The notes beneath the pieces are model-generated. The model did no database searches and was not told where the DNA came from. It was given only the letters and a program-made list of their open reading frames with translations. From positions 864,001 to 928,000 of the forward strand of contig CAWJWJ010000001.1 of the NCBI GenBank assembly GCA_963846575.1: DNA of 64,000 nt, written 5' to 3'. Shown here in pieces: positions 37,872 through 47,610 of this stretch. The stretch's first letter is position 1; every line of letters begins with the position of its first letter. Source of the DNA: an uncultured Nitrospiraceae bacterium. Lineage in GTDB: Bacteria > Nitrospirota > Nitrospiria > Nitrospirales > Nitrospiraceae. The position numbers and the translations under genes were made by a program.

Positions 37872-40646
37872 TTAGACGACCATGCGAGCCAGCGCCTCTC
37901 GAATCGCCGCGCGGTCGCGTTGACGGAAGGCCACTGCGATATGAAGCTGTTCTAGGTATTGTTCCAGCGTCTTTCCACCGAGATCGATCCTTCGAGAGCT
38001 GAAAAACGCCCTCACGTCTCGCTCCAGTTCAGGAGTTGAGAGACCAATGACGCCCCCACACATCCGCCGCAGACCGCTTTTGGGGAAAAGTCCGTCCATG
38101 CGGTCCCAGTTGGTCTTCACAAATTCCCAGGCTTTCTCCCGGATATACACATTATGCAGCAGCGCGCTGACGAGGAACGGAGCGTCCTGAGTACGGATTT
38201 CATCGGTCAGGGTTTTGGTGAGGGTTCGCTCCAGTAGCTCTGGTGTCCGAAACGTGGCAAGAGAAAACAGATACCGTCGCTCCTCCTGAGGGGTCTCCGC
38301 CTGGCGGAAACGGTCCAGAAACTCTTCGTAGCGAATCTCATCGCCGGTGTACGCAAGGATGGAAACTAGAGCTGGAATCACGTTGGGATCGATGTCCCTG
38401 GTGTGTTTCCTGAGCGCCGCATAGGTTTCTGCCGCTTGAGCCTGGACGCCCTGATCACGACCCAAGGTACCCAGTGCACGAATGACGTCGCCGCGCAATT
38501 CTTTCACGAGTTCGCCTTCATCAGGGCGGGGACTCCAGCCGAGCTCCTGGAATGCCGGCCCCAGACGATTCCTTACGAAGGCCCCGAGCAGGGGCCGCTC
38601 CTCCTCCGTGAGGAGCTGATTCATGGTGGAAAACGATCCCAGCATCACTGCCCAGACATGGGGGTCCTTTTCGCCACGGAAGTGTTCGGTCAAAGACAAG
38701 TAGTCCGCGGGTGGGACCATGCCGGCAACCGTAGATGCCCACGTGTCGTTCAGGAGGTTGAATCGTTCGACCGGTGCTAGATTTTGTAGCCCGCGTTCTT
38801 GCAGCTTCGCAAGCAAGTCCGCACCGTACCGAACACGGTAGAATCCATGCCCGCCCTCGTTGGCCAGGACGGAGGTCCAGTTCTTGGGTAGCGGCATGAG
38901 GGTTTCCCGATCACTCAACAACAACCGGTAAGTTTCAGTTCCCTTCGCGCTGGTTACGCGAAGCTGTATAGGAATGTGCCATCGTTGGTCGCTCGTACCG
39001 CTCGAGGGTGTTAGGGGATCGGCCGCATAGGTAAAGCGATGCTGGGTCAACTTAAGCGTTGAGGGAGAGTCACTCTCCATGGTCACCAATGGGTATCCCG
39101 GCGAAAAAATCCATTCGTTCATAAGCGCGGGGACATCCTGGTTCGCCGCATGACCCAGGGAAACCCACAGATCGGTCGTTTCAGCGTTCTCATACGCATG
39201 GGTGGTGAGATAGTGCCGGACGCCGTCCCGGAAGGTCGTGGGGCCAATATGTTGCTCCAGCATGCGCAACACGGAAGCCCCTTTCTCATAGGTCAGGACG
39301 TCGAACATCGCTTCGGCTTCCTTCGGGGCGTGGACGGGGAATTCGATTGGTCGTGTGCTCATGAGTCCATCGACCGACAGGGCGGCCGCGCGAGATACTC
39401 CAAAAGCCGTCCAGCGATCCCATTTCGGCCGCCATGCATCGACCACCAGCATTTCCATGAAGGTCGCAAAGGCCTCGTTGAGCCAGAGTCCGTTCCACCA
39501 GGCCATCGTGACGAGGTCGCCGAACCACATGTGAGCATTCTCGTGCGCGACCACGTCTGCGATGCGCCCCTGTTCCGCGTGGGTCGCGGTGCGTTCATCA
39601 AGGAGCAGTGCGGTTTCACGAAAGGTGATCGCGCCGAGATTCTCCATTGCTCCGGACGCAAAATCGGGTATAGCTATGAGATCGAGTTTGTCCCCCGGGT
39701 AAGGGATGCCGTAATAGGTGGCTAAGAAGTTTAACGAGTACACGGCAATGGCATGACCGAATGCCGTCAGATGTTGCTTGCCCGGAACAGACCAGAGGCG
39801 TACCGGCGTGCCTTCCGCCATGATCGGGGGGGTCGACTCAAGCCGCCCCACGATAAAGGCTACCAGATAGGTGGACATCTTCATGGACTCCGCAAACCGG
39901 AGCACGCGTTTCCCGCCTTCCCGTCGATCGTCGACGATCCGGGTATTGGAGATGGCTGTCAGGGCCGGATCGATCACAAGGGTGACGGAAAACGCCGCTT
40001 TGAACTGGGGTTCGTCCCAGCAGGGAAACGCTCTCCGCGCATCCGTGGCTTCGAATTGGGTAGCTGCCAACGTGTGCACGACTCCCTGGCTATCCTTGTA
40101 ACTGCTGCGATAGAAACCGCGTAATTTATCGTTCAACGTCCCGCGAAATGCCACACTCAGTTGCCATTCACCCGGAGCAATAACTGACGAAAAGCTGATC
40201 CGGCATCGCTGGAGATCTTCCTCCATGCGCGGAGTTCCCGTGCGTAGGGACCCTTCGCCGCCGGACAATGTAGCGGATAACACCTCCAACTCCAGGGCAT
40301 TGAGGACAATCTCCGCGGTGGGTTCGATCACCGTCAGGGTCACGACTTCATGACCTGTGAAGGAGTGCGAGGGAAGATCGGGCTCCATTCGCAGGTCATA
40401 GTGAGTGGGGATGACATGGCGAGGGAGCCTGTAGGGGTCCTGGGAAATCATTGATGATGTCATGTGCTTTATCGTTGGTTGAGGGTGAGAGGTCGATTTT
40501 GGAAGGCCTCGGGCGGCCGATGCCAAGACGGCGGATGGGGTGATCGCGAACAGCCCGAACCCCACAGCCGTCCTGATGACAAAGTGCGCGGCGCGAAGGG
40601 CGGTTTGCCGACGGGAGAGCGGCGGGTCGGCGCGCTCATCGCTCAT
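37872..40646 (-). CDS. M1-family zinc aminopeptidase with ERAP1-like C-terminus
   Basis: TQFEATDARRAFPCWDEP, GAMEN, HENAH-x18-E, YEKGA. Confidence 0.95.
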   Translation of the reverse strand: MSDERADPPLSRRQTALRAAHFVIRTAVGFGLFAITPSAVLASAARGLPKSTSHPQPTIKHMTSSMISQDPYRLPRHVIPTHYDLRMEPDLPSHSFTGHEVVTLTVIEPTAEIVLNALELEVLSATLSGGEGSLRTGTPRMEEDLQRCRISFSSVIAPGEWQLSVAFRGTLNDKLRGFYRSSYKDSQGVVHTLAATQFEATDARRAFPCWDEPQFKAAFSVTLVIDPALTAISNTRIVDDRREGGKRVLRFAESMKMSTYLVAFIVGRLESTPPIMAEGTPVRLWSVPGKQHLTAFGHAIAVYSLNFLATYYGIPYPGDKLDLIAIPDFASGAMENLGAITFRETALLLDERTATHAEQGRIADVVAHENAHMWFGDLVTMAWWNGLWLNEAFATFMEMLVVDAWRPKWDRWTAFGVSRAAALSVDGLMSTRPIEFPVHAPKEAEAMFDVLTYEKGASVLRMLEQHIGPTTFRDGVRHYLTTHAYENAETTDLWVSLGHAANQDVPALMNEWIFSPGYPLVTMESDSPSTLKLTQHRFTYAADPLTPSSGTSDQRWHIPIQLRVTSAKGTETYRLLLSDRETLMPLPKNWTSVLANEGGHGFYRVRYGADLLAKLQERGLQNLAPVERFNLLNDTWASTVAGMVPPADYLSLTEHFRGEKDPHVWAVMLGSFSTMNQLLTEEERPLLGAFVRNRLGPAFQELGWSPRPDEGELVKELRGDVIRALGTLGRDQGVQAQAAETYAALRKHTRDIDPNVIPALVSILAYTGDEIRYEEFLDRFRQAETPQEERRYLFSLATFRTPELLERTLTKTLTDEIRTQDAPFLVSALLHNVYIREKAWEFVKTNWDRMDGLFPKSGLRRMCGGVIGLSTPELERDVRAFFSSRRIDLGGKTLEQYLEQLHIAVAFRQRDRAAIREALARMVV

Positions 40647-41344
40647 GACTCCGCAGCAACAGTGACATCAACGCCCTGTGCATGGCCGACGATCAGAATG
40701 CTCGTTCGCCCGATGAATAAACCGGTCTCCACGATCCCTGGGATTTGGTTGAGCGCGATCTCAAGGTCGGCCGGGGTGTCAATTTCTGGCATGTGCAGGT
40801 CCAGAATCACATGACCGGCCTCGGTCTGGAAGACGGCGCCGTCGCGCTCCCGCAGGATCGCCTTCCCTCCCGATACGCGTTCGAGGTGGCGCGCGGTGCT
40901 GCCCCAGCCAAAGGGGACAACCTCTATCGGCAATGGAAAGCTCCCACCGAGGGCCGGTACCAGCTTCGTGTGATCTACCATAACGATAAATCGTTGTGCT
41001 GCTGCGGCAACTATTTTTTCCTTGAGGAGGGCGCCTCCGCCCCCCTTTACGAGATTGAATTGAGGATCGACTTGGTCGGCTCCATCGATGGCCACATCTA
41101 TTGTCCAGGCCTTGTCGGAATCGATCAGCGGAATGCCGGACTGCCTTGCCAGGGCGGCGGTATCGTGGGAAGTCGGGACGGCTTGGATTCTCAATCCTGC
41201 GCGCACGCGTTCACCCAAGGCGACGATCAGGTGTTTCGCGGTCGTGCCGGTGCCCAGACCGACGACCATGCCGTCGCTGACGTAGTCGACGGCTTTGAGA
41301 GCGGCTTGCCGCTTGTGGGAGTCGAGCGTGTTCGCGCGTGTCAT
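40643..41344 (-). CDS. rpiA: Ribose-5-phosphate isomerase A
   Basis: GLGTGTT, IDGADQVD, KGGGGALLKEKIV, PGIVETGLF. Confidence 0.97.
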   Translation of the reverse strand: MTRANTLDSHKRQAALKAVDYVSDGMVVGLGTGTTAKHLIVALGERVRAGLRIQAVPTSHDTAALARQSGIPLIDSDKAWTIDVAIDGADQVDPQFNLVKGGGGALLKEKIVAAAAQRFIVMVDHTKLVPALGGSFPLPIEVVPFGWGSTARHLERVSGGKAILRERDGAVFQTEAGHVILDLHMPEIDTPADLEIALNQIPGIVETGLFIGRTSILIVGHAQGVDVTVAAES

Positions 41345-42432
41345 GATGTCGTCGCTGGTGCGAGTTGCGCGGCCACGGATGCTGCACCCAGCAGGGCGGT
41401 TCGGTCGTTGGTGACGACTTTCACCGGAATCTGGTTCATTAAGCGCTTATAGCGGCCTTTATTTGTGAACCCGCGCATAAAGGAGCCGTCCTGCAGCTTT
41501 TTAAGCAGTTTCGGCGCGATGCCTCCGGCCACATAAACACCATCCAGCGCCAGCGCCTTGAGCGCCAGGTTGCCGGCCTCGGCGCCATAAATCGAGACGA
41601 AGAGATCCAGGGCCTGGGACGCGATCTCCGTTTGACCGTTAAGTCCAGCCTGCGCAATCTCCGCGGCTGGATCACCTACCTTGATTTTTTCCGCAAGCCA
41701 GGTGGGCTCATTCTTTTTCGTGTCGCGGATGTATTCGTAGACGGCATGGAGGCCGGGACCGGACACGATGCGTTCGTAACTCACATGGAGGTAGCTCCCA
41801 CGTAAATGACGAAGCAGCTCGATCTCGCTATCACTGTTCGGAGCAAAATCTGTATGTCCGCCTTCCGATGGCATGGGACGATACCGGGTTCCATCCCAGA
41901 ACAGGATGCATTCGCCGAGCCCGGTTCCCGCTGCGATCAGGGCCAAGGCTTGTTTTTTCTTTGGTGGAGCGCCGGCATTCAAGACGACCACTTCGTCGGG
42001 CCTCAGAAGGAGCAGACCGTAAGCTGTTGCTTCCAGATCATTGAGCAGCCGCACATGGGCAATGTCGAAGCGCTGGGCAAGCAGGGCGCCATCGATCACC
42101 CAGGGTAGATTGGTCGTGCGGCAGCGGTTATCGATGACCGGTCCGGCCACGCCGAAGCATGCCGCCGTCAGTTTCACGGGTTCGGGAGGGAGTTCCGGTT
42201 GGTCCGGGACCTCGGCTGGATGTTCATCTTCGTCGTCTGACACCTCGATGAGGTCGTCGTGAGGGACGGTCTTCGATGGTATTGTGCCGAGGAACTCCTC
42301 GATCATTTCTTCGAGGCCTGTATAATCCGCGCTGTGGAAGCTGTCGGCGTGTAACGGTTCGCTCCGGCCGGTAGTCCACTCGTACAGCGCCAGGTTTGTT
42401 TTTGTCCCACCAATATCGCCTGCCAGAATCAT
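41341..42432 (-). CDS. glk: Glucokinase
   Basis: ILAGDIGGTKT, GVAGP, LLNDLEA, AGTGLGE, SEGGH, SYERIVSGPG, GGIAPK. Confidence 0.95.
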   Translation of the reverse strand: MILAGDIGGTKTNLALYEWTTGRSEPLHADSFHSADYTGLEEMIEEFLGTIPSKTVPHDDLIEVSDDEDEHPAEVPDQPELPPEPVKLTAACFGVAGPVIDNRCRTTNLPWVIDGALLAQRFDIAHVRLLNDLEATAYGLLLLRPDEVVVLNAGAPPKKKQALALIAAGTGLGECILFWDGTRYRPMPSEGGHTDFAPNSDSEIELLRHLRGSYLHVSYERIVSGPGLHAVYEYIRDTKKNEPTWLAEKIKVGDPAAEIAQAGLNGQTEIASQALDLFVSIYGAEAGNLALKALALDGVYVAGGIAPKLLKKLQDGSFMRGFTNKGRYKRLMNQIPVKVVTNDRTALLGAASVAAQLAPATTS

Positions 42433-42451
42433 GAAGTCCTCACCTCGTTGA

Positions 42452-43228
42452 CTAAGCTTTTGCCGATTCAGACAGCTCAGACGCGGCGGCTCGGTCAAGA
42501 TACCACAGTAACCGGCCCCGCTGAGGCCGCACCAGTCCGGCTGGATAGAAGGTGGGATCCGTCGGCTGGCTCTCAATCACGCGTCGAACGACCAGAGCTT
42601 TGTTCTGCCCTGTCACGAGGAACAGTACCACACTCGCGTGATTGATCACACCTAGAGTGAGCGTTAGCCGTGATCGTATGCCGCGGGGTGAGACATTCGG
42701 CACGACCCACCGTGTACGCTCATTCAGAGCAGGAGTCCCGGGAAACAGTGAGGCGGTATGTCCATCGTCGCCTATTCCGAGCAAAAGCAGATCCAGCACT
42801 GGCCACTCATCTGACGTGGGGGCGGTCAGACGACGGAGGTCGTCCTCGTACTGAGCAGCTGCGGTCTCAGGTGGGTCTTCCCCTCGCATCCGATGGATCT
42901 GGGTTGGAGCAATGTTGAGCGGGATGAATAACGCCTCATTTGCCATGGCGAAATTGCTGTCAGGGTGAGTAGCCGGGACGCTGCGTTCATCACCGAACAG
43001 GAAGTGCACCTTGCTCCAGTCTAATCGTCGCGCATGACTCGGGCTCGACAAGCATGAGTAGAGTGCTTTCGGTGTAGAACCTCCTGACAAGACCACCAGG
43101 AAATGCCCGCGTTGGGCGATGGCTTGTTCGCCCGTCGAGATGAAGGCGTCTGCCGCGTGCACTGCCAGCTCCTGAGTATCTGCGAAGATGTGGAGTTCCC
43201 GGGAGTACGACATATCAGCGGTGGGCAC
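42452..43228 (-). CDS. pgl: 6-phosphogluconolactonase
   Basis: LSGGSTP, FGDERSV, SNF, GIGDDGHTASLFP. Confidence 0.95.
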   Translation of the reverse strand: MPTADMSYSRELHIFADTQELAVHAADAFISTGEQAIAQRGHFLVVLSGGSTPKALYSCLSSPSHARRLDWSKVHFLFGDERSVPATHPDSNFAMANEALFIPLNIAPTQIHRMRGEDPPETAAAQYEDDLRRLTAPTSDEWPVLDLLLLGIGDDGHTASLFPGTPALNERTRWVVPNVSPRGIRSRLTLTLGVINHASVVLFLVTGQNKALVVRRVIESQPTDPTFYPAGLVRPQRGRLLWYLDRAAASELSESAKA

Positions 43229-44918
43229 GGTGTTTGAGCGCAGGCCGCGTCTTTGCCATCGGCTGTCGGCTGCTCGTCTTGCTTGGAGAGACTAAGGCGA
43301 CAAGGTTGCGGATGGTGCCCAATGGATCCCGTCCCAGCATGATGTGTGTGGCCAGCCGTTGGTGCCTGTGGAGAGATTGGAGATCCCCGATGGCTTGTGC
43401 CTGGGCCAGGGTGCCGAAGGTATAAGCTTTCCCAGGGATTGGCAAGTCGGGTTCCATGGCGTCGAGTAATTCAAGGAACAGCCCGCTGTTAGGGCCTCCC
43501 TTGTGAAGCTGCCCGGTGGAATGCAGGTAGCGCGGACCATAACCCGCCGTAGTGGCAAGGTGATGTCGTAGCATCACCGCTTTTCGTAGGGCTCGTAGAG
43601 CTGCCTCCAACTGAGGAGACGGAGTGGTGTAGGCGAGAATGGAGAGATAGCGATTGGGCGCTGCCTGTTCGAGCAATTGAGTCAGAGCCTGCTTCGGTGT
43701 GAGGGGGGGGGACGCGGGCAATGAGTCATGTGTCTCGATCTCTTGGAGGACACGGCCGGTATTATCTTTACTTTCTTGGACATTAGGCTGATCGAAAGGA
43801 TGAATGCCGAGTATGTGTCCCGCAATCGCAGTTGCGAACTCCCAGCGAAAGAACTCGCTTCCGACATCATACCGATCCGCCAGGGTGAGTCTGAGAACAG
43901 GGTAGCCGGCACGTTGGAGGGCAGTTACGGCTCGATCCAGCGAGCTATTGCGATCACCTTTCAGTCGAAGGTACACGAAGGCTCGATCTGGTCCGTAGGA
44001 TCTGGGTGCCGCAAGGGGCTCTCCTACAATGGGGACCACTCCGGTCCCTTCTTTACCGGTACTTTCAGCGAGCAACTGCTCAACCCAGAGTCCGAATGAG
44101 TTGATTGCTGGTGACGTGATGATCGTGAGCTTGTCTCGACCGGCTCGGGCCAGGGTGGCCATCACAGCTCCGAGCGCTGCGCCGGGATTCTGTTTCACCG
44201 GCATTGGCTGCCGGCAGGCCTCTCGCATGGCGAAGGCTCGTGCGAGGAGTTTCCCTACATCCACACCGAGCAAGGCTGCCGGTACCAGGCCAAAATATGA
44301 CAGAACGGAGTACCGGCCCCCGATATCGGGAGGATTTACAAATGTACGCCAGAATCCGCGCTCCAGAGCCAGTTGTTCGAGTTCTGTTCCGGGGTCCGTA
44401 ATGGCCACAAATTGAGCCCCTCCTCGATTGCCCTTGGTGCGTTGAATAAGCTCCCAAAAGTGAGCGAAGAGTGCCATGACTTCTGCGGTTCCGCCGGACT
44501 TGCTGGCGACAACGAACAATGTCCGCGCGGGCAGAATCGCCGTCGTGACCTGTCCCACCCATCCAGGCACAGTCGAATCCAGCACCCACAGTCGAGGCGA
44601 TCCCTTAGACGAACCAAAGGTGCCGCGCTGGACTTCGGGTCCCAAGCTGCTTCCCCCCATTCCTAGAACGACGACGTCAGTTGTGGAAGCCTCGCGCGTG
44701 GCTTGCGCAAATGAGCGCAAGTCGGCCACTGCGTCTTGCATGTAATCGAGAACGGTCAACCACCCGAGGCGGTTTTCTATTTCTGCCTTGTCGGACTTCC
44801 ACACAGAATGGTCCCTTGTCCAGATGCGCTCGATGACGTGTCTGTTTGCCAGATCGTCGAGCGTTTGGCGAAGGCTGTCGTTGTCAAGAATTTGCAAGGT
44901 ATTGGGGCGGGTTCGCAT
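43215..44918 (-). CDS. pgi: Glucose-6-phosphate isomerase (type found in Tal-Pgi fusions; no Tal domain here)
   Basis: LGMGGSSLG, ASKSGGT, ITDPGT, IGGRYSVLS, QLLAESTGK, PFDQPNVQESK, LHSTGQLHKGG. Confidence 0.88.
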   Translation of the reverse strand: MRTRPNTLQILDNDSLRQTLDDLANRHVIERIWTRDHSVWKSDKAEIENRLGWLTVLDYMQDAVADLRSFAQATREASTTDVVVLGMGGSSLGPEVQRGTFGSSKGSPRLWVLDSTVPGWVGQVTTAILPARTLFVVASKSGGTAEVMALFAHFWELIQRTKGNRGGAQFVAITDPGTELEQLALERGFWRTFVNPPDIGGRYSVLSYFGLVPAALLGVDVGKLLARAFAMREACRQPMPVKQNPGAALGAVMATLARAGRDKLTIITSPAINSFGLWVEQLLAESTGKEGTGVVPIVGEPLAAPRSYGPDRAFVYLRLKGDRNSSLDRAVTALQRAGYPVLRLTLADRYDVGSEFFRWEFATAIAGHILGIHPFDQPNVQESKDNTGRVLQEIETHDSLPASPPLTPKQALTQLLEQAAPNRYLSILAYTTPSPQLEAALRALRKAVMLRHHLATTAGYGPRYLHSTGQLHKGGPNSGLFLELLDAMEPDLPIPGKAYTFGTLAQAQAIGDLQSLHRHQRLATHIMLGRDPLGTIRNLVALVSPSKTSSRQPMAKTRPALKHRAHR

Positions 44919-45092
44919 AACCCGATCTCTTCCATTACAAGGAACAAATCGATGCTACGTATCAGAGGTTCGTATCTTAGGTTCGCGGATGCGAAAACGC
45001 AAACAGGGATGGGTGGAATGGATTGTCAGTGCAGGATGAGGAAATGGTTCTTCACTAAGTCTGCGCGAGCAGCCGGCGGCGGTTTGGAGAAG

Positions 45093-46244
45093 TCAGGTTT
45101 CTTCTTCCTGATCGTCCAGGTCGGCCAACACTAGCGAAACGGAATTGCTCGATTCCAACGCGCCGACAATCGTGACTGGCGTCCCGACTGAGACCTGGTC
45201 AAACAACTTACCAATCTGAGGGTTATCCAGAAGGATGCTGCCGAATGGTTGATCTGTAATACCCTGTGCGGTGCCATGCAGCTGGATTAGGCCTGGCATA
45301 GGTTGTCTCCGCGGGATCAGGCCAGCCTTTTGGGCCTCTACGAAGCGGCGTCGGTCGTCGGCGTTGGGGTAATCCAGAATCAAGGCACGGAAGTAGGGAG
45401 TTTGTCCCGATCCGCGCTTACGATGAATGCGATATTCACCTTCCGGGGTAGCCCCGTCTCCATAATATTGTTTCGCTCGAATTCCTCTGGAACCGAGTCT
45501 AATCGGATAGCTCAGAATTTTTCGGCCATTCTTGTAGAGCGAGAGGACTCGGTCGGCCTTGCTGATCACTATCGACTGTGCGCGGTGGGTGCGGGACCAG
45601 TCGATGGTTCGTTGTGCCGACTCTCTCCATGCGGCGATTAGGTCATCGTCCGCATAACGTCCTAATTCATTAGTGAGTAAGGCGGTCTGGGTGAGAAGTA
45701 CTTTTCCGGCACGCTCTGAAGCCTGCGCTGCCTGTTCAAATTGTCCCTGCTCCAGGAGAAGCCGAGCTTGCCTGACAAGAAGTTCCGTCTCGACGGGGTG
45801 TTCGCCGAGCATCACACGGCTTCCAATATCACCCACCCGGGTGGTCAGCAGTCTGAGCCGCTGCTCGACCTTGGCAACTTTCGACTCGACGGAGGCTCGT
45901 TCTTCCTGACGACGGGTGTTGACGTCGGCTACAAGTTGCGTTCCCTCGGCCTGAAGGGATTCCAGATCGGTCTCTAACTCATTGTCTTCCCAGGGCCAGC
46001 GAACAATATTTTCTTCTGAGCGCACGCGGGCTTTCAGCGCTATCCATTGGCGGTTAAAATTTGAATAGCCCTCTGGAGTCACGTCAGAAGCTCGTAAGGT
46101 CACCAAGTCACGGTCAAGGCTCTCGATGGCTTCGACCAGCTCGTCGGGGACGGTTTCCACGCATCCGCCCAGGTTTGTCGAAAGAAGTCCGACGAACGCT
46201 AGCCTGGTGACTGCACGACTCACGCGGGTAAAACGGTTAACCAT
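45093..46244 (-). CDS. Lipoprotein with coiled coil and L,D-transpeptidase (YkuD)-like domain; catalytic Cys replaced by Ser
   Basis: Lipobox LGGC; GDGATPEGEY, LDYPNADD, IQLHG, then FGSILLDN and VGTPVTI. Confidence 0.85.
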   Translation of the reverse strand: MVNRFTRVSRAVTRLAFVGLLSTNLGGCVETVPDELVEAIESLDRDLVTLRASDVTPEGYSNFNRQWIALKARVRSEENIVRWPWEDNELETDLESLQAEGTQLVADVNTRRQEERASVESKVAKVEQRLRLLTTRVGDIGSRVMLGEHPVETELLVRQARLLLEQGQFEQAAQASERAGKVLLTQTALLTNELGRYADDDLIAAWRESAQRTIDWSRTHRAQSIVISKADRVLSLYKNGRKILSYPIRLGSRGIRAKQYYGDGATPEGEYRIHRKRGSGQTPYFRALILDYPNADDRRRFVEAQKAGLIPRRQPMPGLIQLHGTAQGITDQPFGSILLDNPQIGKLFDQVSVGTPVTIVGALESSNSVSLVLADLDDQEEET

Positions 46245-46610
46245 GATCTTATTCTATCTCGGTGTGCGAAATTTCAGCGAGTCCTTCTCGTTTTTGTAAA
46301 CATCGCTTGCAACGCAAGCTGTTTTTTCAATGAGAAGGTGGAGGGCCACGCAAGGCAACTGAAATCTTCGAAGAGCTTGGCCCAAGAATCCATGTATGTG
46401 TCTCGCAATGTAAGTGCCAGTCCCGATAATTGTAGGTCAGAGGGGGATTTCCATTCGAGAACAACCGGTTAGAATTAAGCGGAGCTTCACGTTTATCATG
46501 CCCGTCTGTGGCATGTTTGTCTGACCTAGACAAGAGTGCCTCAAATCCCCTGAACCCTATCGTCGGTAGGTAGCGTGTGGTGGTGGGCGTCTGGTCGGGG
46601 ATGCGATCAA

Positions 46611-46639
46611 TTGACAGCCTTCATTCTCGCCCCTATAAT
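46611..46639 (+). promoter_or_regulatory. Perfect consensus sigma70 promoter for the rpmH operon
   Basis: TTGACA (46611-46616)-N17-TATAAT (46634-46639). Confidence 0.88.
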
Positions 46640-46683
46640 GCGACCTCTTCATGGAAAATTGATTTCTCGAGAAGGAGTCCTCA

Positions 46684-46821
46684 ATGTCGTTCACTTTTAA
46701 ACAGCCCTCGAATCTCAAGCGCAAGCGTGAACACGGCTTTCGGAAGCGCATGAGCACCAAGAACGGGCGAAAAGTTATTGCCCGTCGCAGGGCCAAGGGC
46801 CGCGCTCGCCTCACCGTCTGA
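46684..46821 (+). CDS. rpmH: 50S ribosomal protein L34
   Basis: Not in the ORF track. Manual translation: [54 protein letters not shown]. Confidence 0.97.
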   Translation: MSFTFKQPSNLKRKREHGFRKRMSTKNGRKVIARRRAKGRARLTV

Positions 46822-46989
46822 TTCTCCCCTGCCGCTACGCAATCTGCATGTAGGCGAACATCCAGGTGGTGGATGGTGGCCCAGGGTAAGTACCGTCATG
46901 TTGTCCTGGCGGTGACGGACGAAATGATTAGGGCCAGGCCTGCCGGTTGTAAGAGGAAAGAGCCCTAGTCACAGTCAGGCGGATTGTTC

Positions 46990-47358
46990 ATGGCGCAAGG
47001 GCTAGGACGTGCTCCCTTCTTTTTGAAGCGTAGCCGTGATATCCAGCACATCAAGAAGGTGGGACGGCGGGTTTCGACCGGATCGTTCAACCTCCAGATA
47101 TGCGCAGGCATGTTTCCGAATCCCATGTTGGGGATCGTGATTGGACGTCGGTTTGGCACGGCCGTCCGCCGAAATCGGGCTAAGCGCCTCTTCCGGGAGT
47201 TGGGGCGCTCAGTTCGTTCCGCATTGGTCCCGGGGAGTGTGTTCCTTGTTTTCCCCAAGAGAGAATGTCTAACCCTGCCCTTCGCGGAGTTGGAGCGCAT
47301 ATGGCGAAGCACATTGCAAAGACAACGGTTGGCCCGTATTGGGGAACTCGTGCCATGA
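46990..47358 (+). CDS. rnpA: Ribonuclease P protein component
   Basis: [24 protein letters not shown] (RNR motif); synteny. Confidence 0.92.
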   Translation: MAQGLGRAPFFLKRSRDIQHIKKVGRRVSTGSFNLQICAGMFPNPMLGIVIGRRFGTAVRRNRAKRLFRELGRSVRSALVPGSVFLVFPKRECLTLPFAELERIWRSTLQRQRLARIGELVP

Positions 47359-47564
47359 GGCATCTCTGCATCGGCCTCTTGATGCTCTACCGAGCCTGTC
47401 TTTCGCCGTTACTTGGGCCTGCCTGTCGATTTTATCCCACCTGTTCCGTGTATGCCCAAGAGGCTATTGAGCGGCATGGAATTGTGAGAGGCATCATGAT
47501 GGCAGCGAAACGCTTGCTGAAATGCCATCCATTTCATCCCGGTGGTGTTGATTTAGTGCGGTAA
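47355..47564 (+). CDS. yidD: Membrane protein insertion efficiency factor
   Basis: [18 protein letters not shown]...KCHPFHPGG. Confidence 0.95.
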   Translation: MRHLCIGLLMLYRACLSPLLGPACRFYPTCSVYAQEAIERHGIVRGIMMAAKRLLKCHPFHPGGVDLVR

Positions 47565-47610
47565 TAGACATGGCAATAATTCCTCAGCTCCCATCTATCA
47601 CGTAGGCTCC

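Noticed and set aside
46245..46683. oriC call
   Set aside because: No DnaA-box cluster, no clear AT-rich unwinding element and no adjacent dnaA.
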